From positions 385,786 to 405,785 of the forward strand of contig CT868618.1 in the NCBI GenBank assembly GCA_000165425.1: a stretch of 20,000 bases of DNA. Direction: 5' to 3'. Of this stretch, positions 1-12,208 are shown piece by piece (position 1 is the first letter of the stretch; each line of letters opens with the position of its first letter). A program made the translations under genes and the position numbers. This DNA is from Paramecium tetraurelia. Its lineage: Eukaryota. The notes below the pieces were generated by a model. That model had not been told where the DNA came from and searched no databases. It saw only the letters and a program-made list of their open reading frames with translations.

Positions 1-882
1 TTGATTCAATTACAATTTATCTTGAAATCTCACTGATTAGAATGCAATATAATGCACTTCATCTATTTTTCGAATGATTTTTAAATAAGTAAAGTATTAT
101 TGCTTAATCATCCCTTGTCTATTTAATGTGATTTCACCAATAGATACTTCTTCATTTAGTCTTTCCAAATTGTATGTGTTGATTAATTCAAAATCAAATA
201 ACTTTTTTTCATTTGACCAATTTAAGAATGTAGTAATATCAGTATTAAGATCAAAAGAAAATCTAAGATATATGCATAAATACTTGATTATTAAAAACAT
301 TTTTTTATTTCTCATTTGATGCGAAGCAAATAGGTCAATGTCAAGTCCGTTTACGAGATACTCACTATCACCATTATTCTCATCTTCAATCTTCTCAATA
401 AATGATTTCATAGTCTCGGAGGCATAAGAATTGAATTCTGATTGATCGATATTATTGATGCTTGGTAACGTTAATAATTATCCTTGTTTAAGAGAGAGGG
501 GATAAGGAGAGTCCAAACTTGGATTGGTTTTACACTCTTAATTAATCATGAATTATTGTGATTCATTTTGATTTTAATTTGAATTCATCTATGAAGACCT
601 AAGAGCAGATAATTATTAATTTGAAATCGTTTCAAGTGTAATGTCATTTTCATTTTTTTCATCTATTTGAGTAATTGTTTTTTCATTTGATTATGTTCTA
701 TCTAGGGTAAAGCCTAATTGATGAAAATTGAATTCACTTATTTGTTGAGCATTTATTTTTCCTTGTGTTTCCTCCTCTGGGTTATTCGACAAATTGACCA
801 ACTAATGAGTTTATGTCTGCGAGATAGGTTTTGGTTTGAACAAATGAAAACACTCTTTACATTTCATTATTATATTTCCCAT
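1..882 (-). CDS. Putative N-acylated protein with START-like (lipid-binding) C-terminal domain; 3' end runs off the window
   Basis: Code-6 frame open from ATG at 882 (MGNIIMKCKECFHLF...) to base 1 with no TGA, in frame with the supplied 97..411 ORF. The segment GMIKQQYFTYLKIIRKIDEVHYIAFQSV resembles the START-domain 'RDFVYLR...YVIASKSV' region. The ORF is well supported; the domain call is moderate. Confidence 0.7.
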
Positions 883-1124
883 TTACAATTTGTGTGTAAA
901 ATTTTAGTTTTATATTTCTCTATTAACATTAATAAAATTACTTAAAAAATCATTTCATCTTTCATATTGAATTTAGGCTTAATCAAATGTAAAATTATGA
1001 AAGATAACAATAATCAATAAAAATAGTAATTTTCAACGAACGTTTTAGTCTATCATCGCATTAGAAATAAAATATTAATTCCATATCGAAATTTATATAA
1101 CTAAATATTGAAATAATACAAGTC

Positions 1125-1546
1125 TCATAATTCAAATGACTATTACTTTCTTGCCTTGAATGGATTTAACCAAGTTCCGTAATCGTTCTGAGTAGTACTT
1201 TAATCACCTCCAAATTTTAATACTGTCATCGGACCTATCTAGGGAGATTCGCCGATAGTTTATTAAAATATAATGGCACTCTTTTTCGGCTTTTCACTAA
1301 AATATCATATTTTATCTACTAATAATCTTATTCTTTTTTTGCAGGGTCAGTCTTGAACTATATTCCCAAAGATCTGAGATATGCAACCACTCTCCTCTCT
1401 ACTTCCAATTACTCTCTATTTTCGCAATGGAATTAAGGCAAGAAGCTATCCAATGACTCCACTGACTCGGCTACTCTTTAGTAATCTTCCATTATTTCTA
1501 TCTTCGATCTTGATAAATCATCTGCAAGCCTTTTACCGTATTGCAT
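1125..1546 (-). CDS. Hypothetical protein, ~132 aa, one intron (1297-1319)
   Basis: ATG 1546 MQYGKRLADDLSRSKIEIMEDYQRVAES...; removing a 23-nt GTA..TAG intron gives 133 codons ending ...STTQNDYGTWLNPFKARKQQSFEL-TGA. Confidence 0.75.
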
Positions 1547-1718
1547 GTATAAATATGATAATTATAAATAATTTTTCAAAACTTATCAAATCACCTTAAG
1601 TACGCAAATAGTTTGGTTGAAAATCCTTTTTCCTAGATATTAAATATTTGGTATTTCTAATCTTCTTTTTTAGACGTATATTTATTTTATTATTTAATCA
1701 ATAATATATATTTCCTAT

Positions 1719-2159
1719 ATGGACGCCTATCTCACGCTTGAATTAAGAAAAAGATTCAACTCTTCTATGACTTATCAAGAATATCTAGATGCTTATGATA
1801 AACCTCCTCCAAAACCTAAGTTAAAGTATGAACCTCAATCATTTTAATTTAAGACCAAAAGAATCACCCGTCGTTGCTGAATTACTTCTATTGGAACCCC
1901 CAAAAGGGCCTAAACCTTAATCATAAAAATTAGAGATATATGAACCAGATGAAATTATCCTGGAAGAATCAGAAACAGATGAACGATCACGAGCACAATC
2001 CCCAATACAGAAACCTCCTTGTTACAAAGCTCTAAAGGCTAATGTAAATTAGATCATGTTTTAAATTACTAGAATGTCAGAGTAAGAAGCCAGAGTGAAA
2101 ATTTTGTGTTTTCAGTGTATCGTTTCTTGTAAAACAAGCAACATGTCCCTAAATAATGA
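1719..2159 (+). CDS. Hypothetical Pro/Lys/Glu-rich protein, ~127 aa, introns 1826-1853 and 2044-2072
   Basis: ATG 1719 MDAYLTLELRKRFNSSMTYQEYLDAYDKPPPKPK...; a 28-nt GTA..AAG intron bypasses a TGA. A second 29-nt GTA..TAG intron leads to TGA 2157-2159 (128 codons). If intron 2 is retained the frame continues to ~2523, so the 3' end is uncertain. Confidence 0.6.
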
Positions 2160-2203
2160 TAAAACTAAATTCATAAAAACTAACATCTAAGCTATTTATA
2201 AGT

Positions 2204-2640
2204 ATGTAAGCTCTTCTTAGTTATTTCCGTTTCCCAAAACCCTCCATCCTCACATCTCAATTCACTTCCTCCTCTCTCTAAACCTATAAATTTAACATTT
2301 AAAATAGTAAAGCGTATACAAACAAACTTTAAAATTAACCTTACTCTTACAAAACTAAATAAATCATACAGACTCACATTATAATAATATGATGATGACA
2401 TTTTTAAAATATTTCAATTCCTTAACTAGATCAAAAATATTTATTTTTTTATCTGATTCATCCTAAATGTATGTCCTTGACGACGGAAATGGGTTCGTAC
2501 AAGTCTCATTTAATTAAATTTGAGGCTTTTATTTCAAGAAACCAGAGAAATAAAAAAGAAAATTGATTTGCATATATTTTTAATCTTTTGAAGAAGTTCT
2601 ATTGAATATCTTTGGACAAATCATTCAGAGAAAGATATGA
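2204..2640 (+). other. Possible small or degenerate gene, structure unresolved
   Basis: Coding-like pieces lie in different frames (MQALLSYFRFPKPSILTSQF..., MYVLDDGNGF, FYFKKPEKQKRKLICIYFQSFEEVLLNIFGQIIQRKI*). I could not join them with canonical introns. Confidence 0.25.
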
Positions 2641-2857
2641 GATTTAAAACATTAATAATTATGAAACTCATTTATATTCTCCAATATGTAAATTCTAAAG
2701 AGAAATTGAAAAGAAATTAAAGTTAAACAATTAATTGTTTTAAATTTCTAATTAAATTATCACTTTAATTTAATTGAATACTGACGAGAATATTATTATT
2801 ATTGCATTTACAATTAAAGAATGGTTAACATAATTTATGTAATATTTTTGATCTTTA

Positions 2858-4431
2858 TCAGAAATAGTTACCAAGGAACTTTTATTCCCTTTTGAAGACC
2901 ATTTGAGCAAAGAAAACAGCGTCTGTCAAACATTATTCACTTTGAGAGAACACATGTTTCTAACCTTCGAAATTAGGATGATCAAAGATTGTCAAAGTAG
3001 TTCCAGATGGTATTTATAAAGATCTGATCTCATATTAGAAATCTCTAAAAAATAATAAAAAACCCAAAAATACTTCATTTAGCTAAGATCTCCGCATGTT
3101 TTCATTGATTCACCTTTGAAATAGCACTAGTTGTAAATGATGACACAATCATTACCATCACTATTGATATTATTGAACTTTTTACTTTACTAAAGCATCA
3201 TTATTGTCTAAATTAATATCATTTGGATCAGAACTATTATTAGACTCTGGTTCTGCTGAGTTATTCTCATCAACCTAGCTATTATTTGATTCTGGTTCGG
3301 CTGAATTATTTTCTTCAGTCACTTCTTAAGCCTAATTTTCAATGACGACAACTTATTGTTCATCAACAATTTATGCCTCTGCATTATTTGATTCTTCATC
3401 AGGGATCAATTTAATTTCTTAATTGACCAAATTTTAGTTTGATGGTGAATCATAGAATTAAATTGTCTCTTCTTAGGCTGAAAGATCTTAGAGATTGTTC
3501 TCTTATTCTGAATTATCAACTTCATTTTGTTGAACATCCTCTTGTTAAGCTTATGGGACATCATCAATATAGTTTTCACTTTCTTGGTTATCTTATTAGA
3601 CATCTTATTCAGTTGTTGCTTCTGCATTAGAGTCATTCTCAAATGCAACTTCAACATCTTGTGCTTCAGTATCTTGTTATTGTATTTCTTCGTTTTAAAC
3701 TTCAGATTATTAGACTGAGTCTGTTTCAGGATCAGCATAAACATCTTCATTTTCAGCCTATTGAATTTCAACATCACTTGAATTGTCGACATCTTAATCA
3801 TAGACATCAGCCTCCTATTGAACTTCAACTTGAGGTTCATCAGTATATTAATCAGTTTCTTATTACTCTTGAACTTCTGCAGGCTCATCAGTTTAGGATT
3901 AAAGCTAAACATCATCCTAAGCTTCAACCTAATCATAAGCAATATCTTGTTCATTTTAAGTATCGTCAGTGTACTCATTGTTTTATTCTGATTAATCATA
4001 ATTGTTGTCTTCTACCTCCTACAATTATTCTGAAAAGTCTTGATCTTATGATTGAAGATCATCATAATTTTCTTACTCTTATTCTTAGACAACCTAAATT
4101 ATATGTGGTAAGTACTTCAATGTTGTTTTATGGAGTCTCATCATCTGGATTTAACATTTATTGTGATTCATCAGTAGTGTTAATGTCAGTGTTCAATTGG
4201 ACATCATCTAAATCCTACAATTAAGTAACAGAAGCATTGTCATCCTAAGACACTAAAGTTGTTGCCTCGACTTCAACATCCTCATTGCTTAATTCTTTTG
4301 TATTCTCAACTACATTAACAGCATCCTCTCTAACTATATTTATAATAATACTAGTTAGTTTGTAAGAAGGACAAGACAACAGTCATTTGCTATGTTGCCA
4401 CCAATGCTAACAATAAAATGTAAATTTTCAT
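2858..4431 (-). CDS. Secreted, highly acidic (E/D/Q/N-rich) protein with C-terminal beta/gamma-crystallin domain, ~491 aa; candidate dense-core granule (trichocyst) or surface protein
   Basis: Signal-peptide-like start MKIYILLLALVATQQMTVVLSF. Introns 4330-4351, 4094-4115, 3161-3185 and 3045-3073 (22/22/25/29 nt, all GTA..TAG) give 492 codons. The C-terminus CVIIYNQCYFKGES...IRSLQIPSGTTLTIFDHPNFEGQKHVF has two Y/F-x4-F-x-G Greek-key motifs and the conserved Ser. Confidence 0.85.
3234..3318 (-). repeat. Intragenic 45-bp-period tandem duplication encoding (E/D)ENNSAEPESNNS twice
   Basis: ctattattagactctggttctgctgagttattctcatc (from 3234) versus ctattatttgattctggttcggctgaattattttcttc (from 3279); differences are mostly synonymous. 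Confidence 0.85.
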
Positions 4432-4650
4432 AATTATATATTATTAGTTTTTATAAAACGGATCCTTAAAATTTGGAGTTCTTAATATATCTAAATTGAG
4501 TGCTTAGAATTTAGGAAATCCTTAAAATTAGAAAGAACATTAATATCAAAATAAATGAGAGTCGGTCATCTCAACATGTTATCAAAAAGTAATATTTAGT
4601 TTACTAACTATGACACATCAATAATAATTGTATCTCAAATAAGTGAATCT

Positions 4651-5835
4651 TCATAGGTTTCTAAATTCATCCAATATTCCTTGGGCTTCCAACAATTTGA
4701 TTTCCTTATCTTCATACCATTTTATTCTGAGTCCTTCCTCCCAATATCCTATTTTTTCCACATTCTGATTTGTTATATAAATACCAACTCCATGCTATTT
4801 GTTTTATCTCCAACAACCAGCATATTTACGACCATCTTCCCATTTAAATACTCCTTTCCCATGCTTTTTATCGTTTTCATATTCCTAAATAATATTAAAC
4901 TCTTGATTACTTACTCCTTTATATATTTTTCCATCCGGCAATTTCAATTCTCCAGTTCCATTCATTTTATTATTCATCCATTCTCCTACATAGATTCTTC
5001 CATCCAACCATTAATATGTGCCTTGTCCCTAAATTTCATTTTAATAAAATTCTCCTTATCAAATTGAAATCAGTGAAATACCTTAATAGTAAGAACCATC
5101 AGCAAATACAAGTTTACCATTCCCATGTTTTTTACCACATTAATAATCTCCTTCATACTTTGCTCCATCTGGCCATTCTTCTATTCCTCTCCCATGTTAT
5201 CCATCGTTCAGCCACTAACCTTAATGATCATGCAGTACCTCTCCAATATACTTAGCCCCATTGTCATGAGTGTATGATCCCAAACCGTTAGCTTAATCAT
5301 TTAACCAATCTCCTTCATAAATATCTCCATCAGCATGTATAAGTCTTCCCTTTATATTTAATAAACTTTAACAACTTTTCCACAAGATTTATCATTTTTC
5401 CATTCTCCTTCATAAACAGAACCATCCGGCCATTATTATTTTCCATAACCTTCTCGCTTCCCATCCAACCATTCTCCTTCATATGTAGCACCATTTTATA
5501 GTAAGATCATCTAAAGAATAATAATGAGGCAACTTTACAGGAAGTTTTATTTTTTCTTGCTTCCCTATAGTTTTCCTAACCAAAGGATGTATATTTTAAT
5601 TATCGGTTTGACTATTCAAATTTTTTTCAATCTCTTTTATAGAGACCTTGCTATGTTAAGATTAAATCTGTATATCATTTTAATTTGCTTCTTCAACTTA
5701 TCCTGGATTAGTATTTTTATTAGTTAAAGAATGTTTTGATTTTTTCACTGAGATTTCAATAGAACGATTGGAATTCTTTACAGTTTATATTTCCTCTTTT
5801 GCACAACAAGTGTTTATACTACATGATTAACCCAT
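4651..5835 (-). CDS. MORN-repeat protein, ~349 aa, with N-terminal myristoylation/palmitoylation-like motif
   Basis: Starts MGQSCSINTCCAK. About 8-9 MORN repeats (YEGEWLDGKREGYG, YEGEWKNDKSCGKG, YEGDWLNDQANGLG, YEGDYQCGKKHGNG...). Introns 5511-5538, 5350-5375, 5215-5238, 5055-5081 and 4885-4914 give 350 codons, ending at TGA 4651-4653. Confidence 0.92.
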
Positions 5836-5959
5836 AATGGAAACTTTTAAATTTCTAAAATTAAAATCATTAACAAAAATTAGAGATCTTAGAAATCATT
5901 TTCTTTATTATTATATCGGAAGTTCTAATGAAAATAAAATAGTGTTTTTTTATTATATT

Positions 5960-6750
5960 ATGATATTTAAATCATTAATTAATTTACCTTACTATTCTTC
6001 CTGTAAATCTAACAATACCAACTGCAATCCTTATCAAAATGTAGCCATAATATTTCGATCTGACCAACTTTTCAAAATTTGTTAGCTGAAATTATATATC
6101 TATTGTGCATGAGAATCCAAATATCATAATTACTCCGAATATCTCTCTCCTAGCAACCAAATATCACTCTGATTTTATTTATAAATTGATCCCTCAACAT
6201 TTGGATATATCATTGCAACGATTCAAGTTGAAAATTATAAAGATACTGTGCTAGCTAGATAAGCTAACAAACATTTTTCCATGTTAATTTATTGCTAAAT
6301 AGCAATTCTTGATAGATTTAAGGTAATTGGAATTGAAAAATCAAATCAAATTCAAATAATGCTTGGAAAAATGTAACATTGAATTGGTCTATAGATCAAT
6401 CAATAATAATTTATATAGGGTTTGATAAAATATAGGTAATAACTAAAGATCAATAATGTTAAATAAATAATAAGTTCTGATACAATTCGCAACATGTTGT
6501 GAAGATTTCCGAATGAAAAATAAAACCAAAAATGTTGAGCAAATGTACTTGCCAATTCAAAATTGAAATCAAAATTCGATGTTTGATCCTTATCAAAAAT
6601 TATGATGAAAAAGTACATGGTTTTTATCACTAAAATATATGTGATGATTATTAATACAAGAGTAAAATATCTTTTAAATATAAATATTTCATAATGATTT
6701 TTAGAAAGTAAAAAATCATAAAAAGATCTCATCTGAATTAACCCTAATGA
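5960..6750. pseudogene. Probable degenerate gene remnant (strand and structure unresolved)
   Basis: Coding-like composition, but every frame I read on either strand is broken by TGA. The longest plausible + strand piece starts at ATG 6039 (MQPQYFDLTNFSKF/NPNIIITPNISLLATKYHSDFIYK...). The hydrophobic 6400..6732 minus ORF may be an antisense shadow. Confidence 0.3.
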
Positions 6751-7220
6751 GATTAATCAAATTCAATTACTATTAAGACTTTCAAAAGAATTATGTAACA
6801 CTATTTAATAAAAAACAATTGTTTCTAAAGTATAATAAATCATAACCAATAATATTTTTTTACATTTTACCATCCTCAAATTTTTCTCATTTTATTTCTA
6901 TGATTAATGGTATGATTTGTAAATATTGAATAAATTTAAATATCAATAATTAAATTAATACATTTGCACCTGGACGAATTAATAGACAAAGATTATAATA
7001 TTTTAGATATTTTCTTTTACGTAAGAAACTTTAGTTAATATTGTAATCAATAATATTATTAGATTCATTAGTTTATACATAATTATTTTCTCATGAATAG
7101 CAGTTTATTCAGATGAGCAATTCTCTTTACTAATAGAAAATCTTAAAACAAGGGTAACAATAATATTTAATTATTAATCATAGCGATATTACTGTAATAA
7201 GAAAAGTACATTGATAATTC

Positions 7221-10200
7221 TCATTTATGTTCTCCACTTTTTACATTGATCATTACTTTTGAATGCAATCTTTGTGATGATTTTCTTCTGAGTTAACTTG
7301 TCAATGTAGCATCCATGTTTTCCTCTGCAATTTCTGTTTCTTTAAATAGATGTACCCTTCTCCAACAACCCTCAGGTATTAATTTAAATATAATCCCAGC
7401 TAACATTCCCAAAACACCAAATCCTGCACATATCGAATGTTCTATTATGGTTAATTGTCTAACTTTAACGTAATTAGCAGCGAATTATAACAATGCAAAT
7501 TAAATTGAAACTGTTATGAGTTAAATCAACCAAAACATTCCATTATTGAATAAATTATTAAATGGATTAAGTGATTGATAATCGAGCTGCCTACAAGTTA
7601 TTGAATTGAAAACCTACATAATTACAAAAGTTTAAAAAAAGATACTGAGCTTTGTCAACTAAGTTATAGTAATATAATTATATACCTCATCAGAAGGATA
7701 AAGAAATAAAATGCAATTAAGAACAGCCAATTAATAGAGACTTTGACAGCAAATAGTTCTATACATATAAGCTGAAACTATTGGTTAGGTTCTTTTGTAT
7801 GGTTATCTGTCCAAGAGTGCTGAACTAGGTGGTTCTGTTGCCAAGGCTAAAGAAGCAAACGTATCCATAATAAGATTAACCCATAACATTTAGATAGTAT
7901 TAAGAGGAGATTAATTTAGAATGACAGCTCCTAAAAAGGCCATAAAAAGAGCCACTATATTAACAGTCAATTGGAATTGGATGAACTTCCTAATACAATC
8001 ATAAATGTTACGACCCCATTTAATTGCTTAAAATACTCATATTGTTTACCTGTTATAATGCTACTAAAATTATCGTCTACTAATATAATGTCAGCCGCAT
8101 CTTTTGCGACATCAGAACCAGATTCCCCCATAGCGAATCCTACGTCTGCTTTTTTTAAAGCTGGAGCATCATTTGTTCCATCTCCTGTCACAGCAACAAT
8201 ATTTCCTTGATCAATTAGGCCAGTGACTAACATAAATTTATCTTCAGGAGTAGCTCTGGCTAAGACTTTTAACTATTTGCTAATCTTATTAAATATTTCC
8301 TAATTGGCAATTCTTAAGACTTTTTTACCATCTACTTGAGATGTCACAAGTCCTCCAATACTTTCTCTAAAGTCCTTTCCTTCCATGCACTCATATTCCT
8401 TAGGTTATGCCGACGATAATATTCCACTCTCCTTAGCAATTGCAATAGCAGTCAATGTATTATCACCTGTTAACATTCTGACTTAGATTCCAGCTTTATT
8501 ACATGCTTTTATTGAATTAGGAACATCTTTTCTGATTGGATCTTTAATCCCAGCTATTGCGATTAAAACCAAATCTTTTTCCAACTCCTCCTCACTTAAA
8601 TTAAAGGCTAATTCCTTTAATTAATGTTAAGTTCCTTTATAGTTTGTATCCTTATATGCTATTGCAATGGTTCTCAAAGATCTAGATGCGAATCTATCAA
8701 TCACATCTTATTTTATTTATTTTTTTTTATTTTCATCTAAGTAATGTTCTTATCCTTTTGCGATTAACTTGGTTGATTGATTCAAAATGATTTCCGATGC
8801 TCCTTTTACAAAAACTCTTAGAAATCCTTTATAATATATGACTGTAGCCATCTTCTTTCTTCTGCTACTAAAAGGTAAGACTTTGACAATTTTATCAGTT
8901 GGTCTGTATAATGAAATGCTGTATCCGAATCTATCTGTTAATTCAAGTAACGCACATTCAGTTTTATTACCAGTCTATATAAAGTTTCCTGTTTCTGTTT
9001 TGGTGGGATAAGCAGTTGAATTGAATGTTACACTTTCAGCTAGTAATTCTTACATTTATCTAGGTACTTGAGCATCCTTCTTATCATAAATAGCTTAGTT
9101 CATAAAAATATCATTTTCAATCCATAATCCAGTGACAGTCATTTTGTTTTATGTCAAGGTTCCTGTTTTATCACTACATATTGTATTAGCTCCTCCCATA
9201 GTTTCACAAGATGCTAAATTTTTGACTAAGTTATTTTCATCCTTCATTTTATTCACAGAATATGCTAATGCTATAGTAACAGCCAATGGCAATCCTTCTG
9301 GAACTGCAACCACAATAATAGTTACTCCTATCATGAATGATTGTATAACAAATTGTAATGTTTCAATACTCAAAATTTTATTATAACCCATAAATCCCAA
9401 AATTAATTGATGAACAGTTAATGCAAAAAATGTGATAATAGCAACAAAGGTGCCAAACTTACCAATATCTTCAGCCAATCCTTCCAATTTTTATTATAAT
9501 GGAGTGGGAGGAGTTTCTTGATCGAGTAATAACTTTGTTTTTCCTGCGCATGTATTTTATCCTACAGTTAATACTAACATAGTTCCTGTGCCATCCATCA
9601 CTTTAGTTCCAGAGATCATAAATGGAGATGCATTTTTTAATTATTTCTTTAATTAATTGCTGTTTTTCATTTATTAAGATTGACTGGATTTCATCATCAG
9701 ATATTCGGTTATCTCGTTGTATGGTAATTTGCGGATAGAATCTGATTCTCCTGTGACAGTTGACTCATCCATTTTCACTTCTGATCCAGAGACCATTAAT
9801 CCATCCACTTATAATAAATCACCAATATTAAAAAATAGAATATCTCCCACAACCAATTCTTTGCTATCAATTTATTATACTTTAGAATTTCTAATAACTT
9901 GCTGCTTTGATTCATCTAATTTATGGTATAATTTTTGAAATTATCTTTCTTTAACATAATTATTCCCAACAGTAATTGAAACTATTAAAAATACTGCAAA
10001 GAATATTGTTGCTCCTTCACTCCACCCAGTCTCAATACCTTCCTTGTAGATTCCAATCCCAGTTGAGACTAATGAAGCTACCAACAATATTTATAACATG
10101 GTGTCTCCGAAACACTCAATAATCATTGAAAATATAGATGATAATTCTTTCTCCACTGGTAAATTTTCTCCATACAATTATCTCAGTCTTAAAACATTTT

Positions 10201-10377
10201 CATTTGAATCAACTCCATTCTGTTATAAATCAAAATTAATACATTAACATTAGATTAGAATGCTGTTAATAAACCTTGATCGCCTCCTATTTCAATTAAT
10301 TTTTTCAAACTCTTCCCTTCCATAATATTATTCATCTCGAACAAGTTACTCAAAAATTCAATATCGATTTTTTCCAT
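7221..10377 (-). CDS. PMCA: Plasma-membrane-type Ca2+-transporting P-type ATPase (P2B/PMCA), ~1030 aa
   Basis: Motifs [27 protein letters not shown] (phosphorylation site), [78 protein letters not shown]. Introns 10220-10242, 8027-8049 and probably 7659-7685. Stop TGA 7221-7223; the start codon is approximate. Confidence 0.96.
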
Positions 10378-10569
10378 TTAATTACTTTATAAACTTGAAT
10401 CTCAATAATAAAAATTTATCACTTTTTTATAGAAGTTCATCATAGTAATTAAACTATTTTATGTTAATATAGTTTATAAGATTCGAATTTAGATATTAAG
10501 AAAAAACAGATGATATAAATTAATGAATAATTGCTAAATAACTCAATTCTTAATTTGATCCACAATTTT

Positions 10570-12143
10570 TCATCCTTATTAAACAAAGGACATTTTTTAA
10601 ATTATGGATTCTCTCTTTTTGTTAGAAGGTTTTCCTAATATCAATCTTTCATATGTGGTCAAACCAGAATAATAATTTCTTATCTATGTAAGAATCAAAT
10701 TTAATAATGGAATCATAAACAAACATTCTATTATAGTGAGAATGATTAAAATTGTAAAGCTATTGGAGCTTAAAGTGGCATTGTTTTATGCCAGTTACAA
10801 AATTCCAAGTATTATTAGAAGAAGAAAATCAAGAAATAAAAATAAGAGAAACAACCAAAATAGGGATTAATTGTCGTTTCCAACCTGAATTTAAAATAAC
10901 TATATATACGCAATTATTAATCCAAGGACAATGATGATCGTATCTAAGAACACATCTTTTACAAAATTCACAATGCTTCGAACTAATAGGAGTTTAAATA
11001 AAGCAATCATAACAAATTTCATAAGGTTCCAATTTCTGTAATATTTCCTTAAGATTTTGTCTAATTAAATGATCAAATTATACTCGTTATTTGTTTTAGC
11101 ATAACCTGGATTTGAGTATGAGACCAAAAAAAAACAAATAGAAAACAATGTCACAATTATGATGAATAATATAAAACTTCCATTACTTTGGTCTTTGCTT
11201 TTTGCATTTTATACCAAGAAAATAGTCCCGAAATTTGTGATTGAAAAAAATAGTAAAAATACTAAGGCCTGCATAGCCGATCTTTTTCCTAAATATAATA
11301 ATTGATACTTGGTTTCAAATTTAATTGAAGTAATAGAGATTTCCATGAAAATCGAAAAGATTTCAATGCATCAAGAGTTTAGGGATCTGTTGTCAATTCT
11401 ATAGGTAACTAATTATTATTGTTCTTAAGCTTAACACTCCCTCCTCTCTAAATTAATTTTCTTATTAATTTATAATTGTTATTCTAAGCAGCAATATGCA
11501 AAGGAGTATTACCATTTGCATCTTATATATTTAAAGGATGCTTCCATCGCATTAAAACAATTGCAGCATAATCACTTTTAGTAAAACAGGCTAAATGTAA
11601 AGGTGTTACAGAATCTTTATATTTGCAGCACACCTTCTCATCTTTCAGCTTCTCCCTAATCTAAATCATAGCCAAAACATCATTTTTATATGAAGCCATT
11701 CCTAATAAATTTTTAGGCTAATAATATCTCTATATTTCATCTAACATTTCAATCTTACCTGAGTAGACAAAATAATGAATCGCTTAAAGATTATATTTAT
11801 CCTCCTTTTTCAACCATACTTATGCTTGAGGCTAAAATTTTATTAAAAGCCTATTATATATAAAAGTATTAGAATTTAATGCTAAGTAATGCAAGACCGT
11901 TCGTTTATCAGCATCTTCAATGTCGTAGATGTTTGGTATGGTATCTACGGAGGCATTTAATATAGGCATTTTATTTTATTTTGCTGCTTCAATGAGATCA
12001 TTGCCACTCTGAACTTGAGTTATATCCATAAAGTTGTAAATAGATTTGCTCTCTTATTCTTAATATTAACCTATTGTTACTACTGCTATGAAAAACATCT
12101 TACATTAAATTAGAGGTTCTGCTGTTGCTGGTGATTCTTCCAT
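10570..12143 (-). CDS. Ankyrin-repeat DHHC palmitoyltransferase (Akr1/ZDHHC13/17-like architecture), ~501 aa
   Basis: Ankyrin motifs TVLHYLA, TPLHLAC and [11 protein letters not shown] segments; SNPG; Cys-rich domain CYDC...[26 protein letters not shown]; TTxE motif GLTTYE. Introns 11289-11308, 11061-11083 and 10885-10909 give 502 codons. Confidence 0.93.
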
Positions 12144-12208
12144 ATTATATTTACTAATGTTATAAAATAATTTCATTTAATATATAATCAATCATCTAAG
12201 TAGTCAGA

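Noticed and set aside
997..1191. Plus-strand code-6 ORF MKDNNNQQKQQF...
   Set aside because: Short and AT-rich, overlaps the 3' end of the better-supported minus-strand gene, and covers the likely promoter of the 882 gene.
3406..4224. Supplied 197-aa (-) and 193-aa (+) ORFs
   Set aside because: These are off-frame and antisense shadows of the low-complexity acidic gene at 2858-4431.
5900..6732. Minus-strand frame with six in-frame TGAs that could read as Trp (mitochondrial code or all-stops-reassigned code)
   Set aside because: The same frame also needs TAA/TAG as Gln, and neighbouring genes use TGG for Trp and TGA as stop. The F/I/Y-rich text is what an antisense shadow of A-rich sequence looks like.
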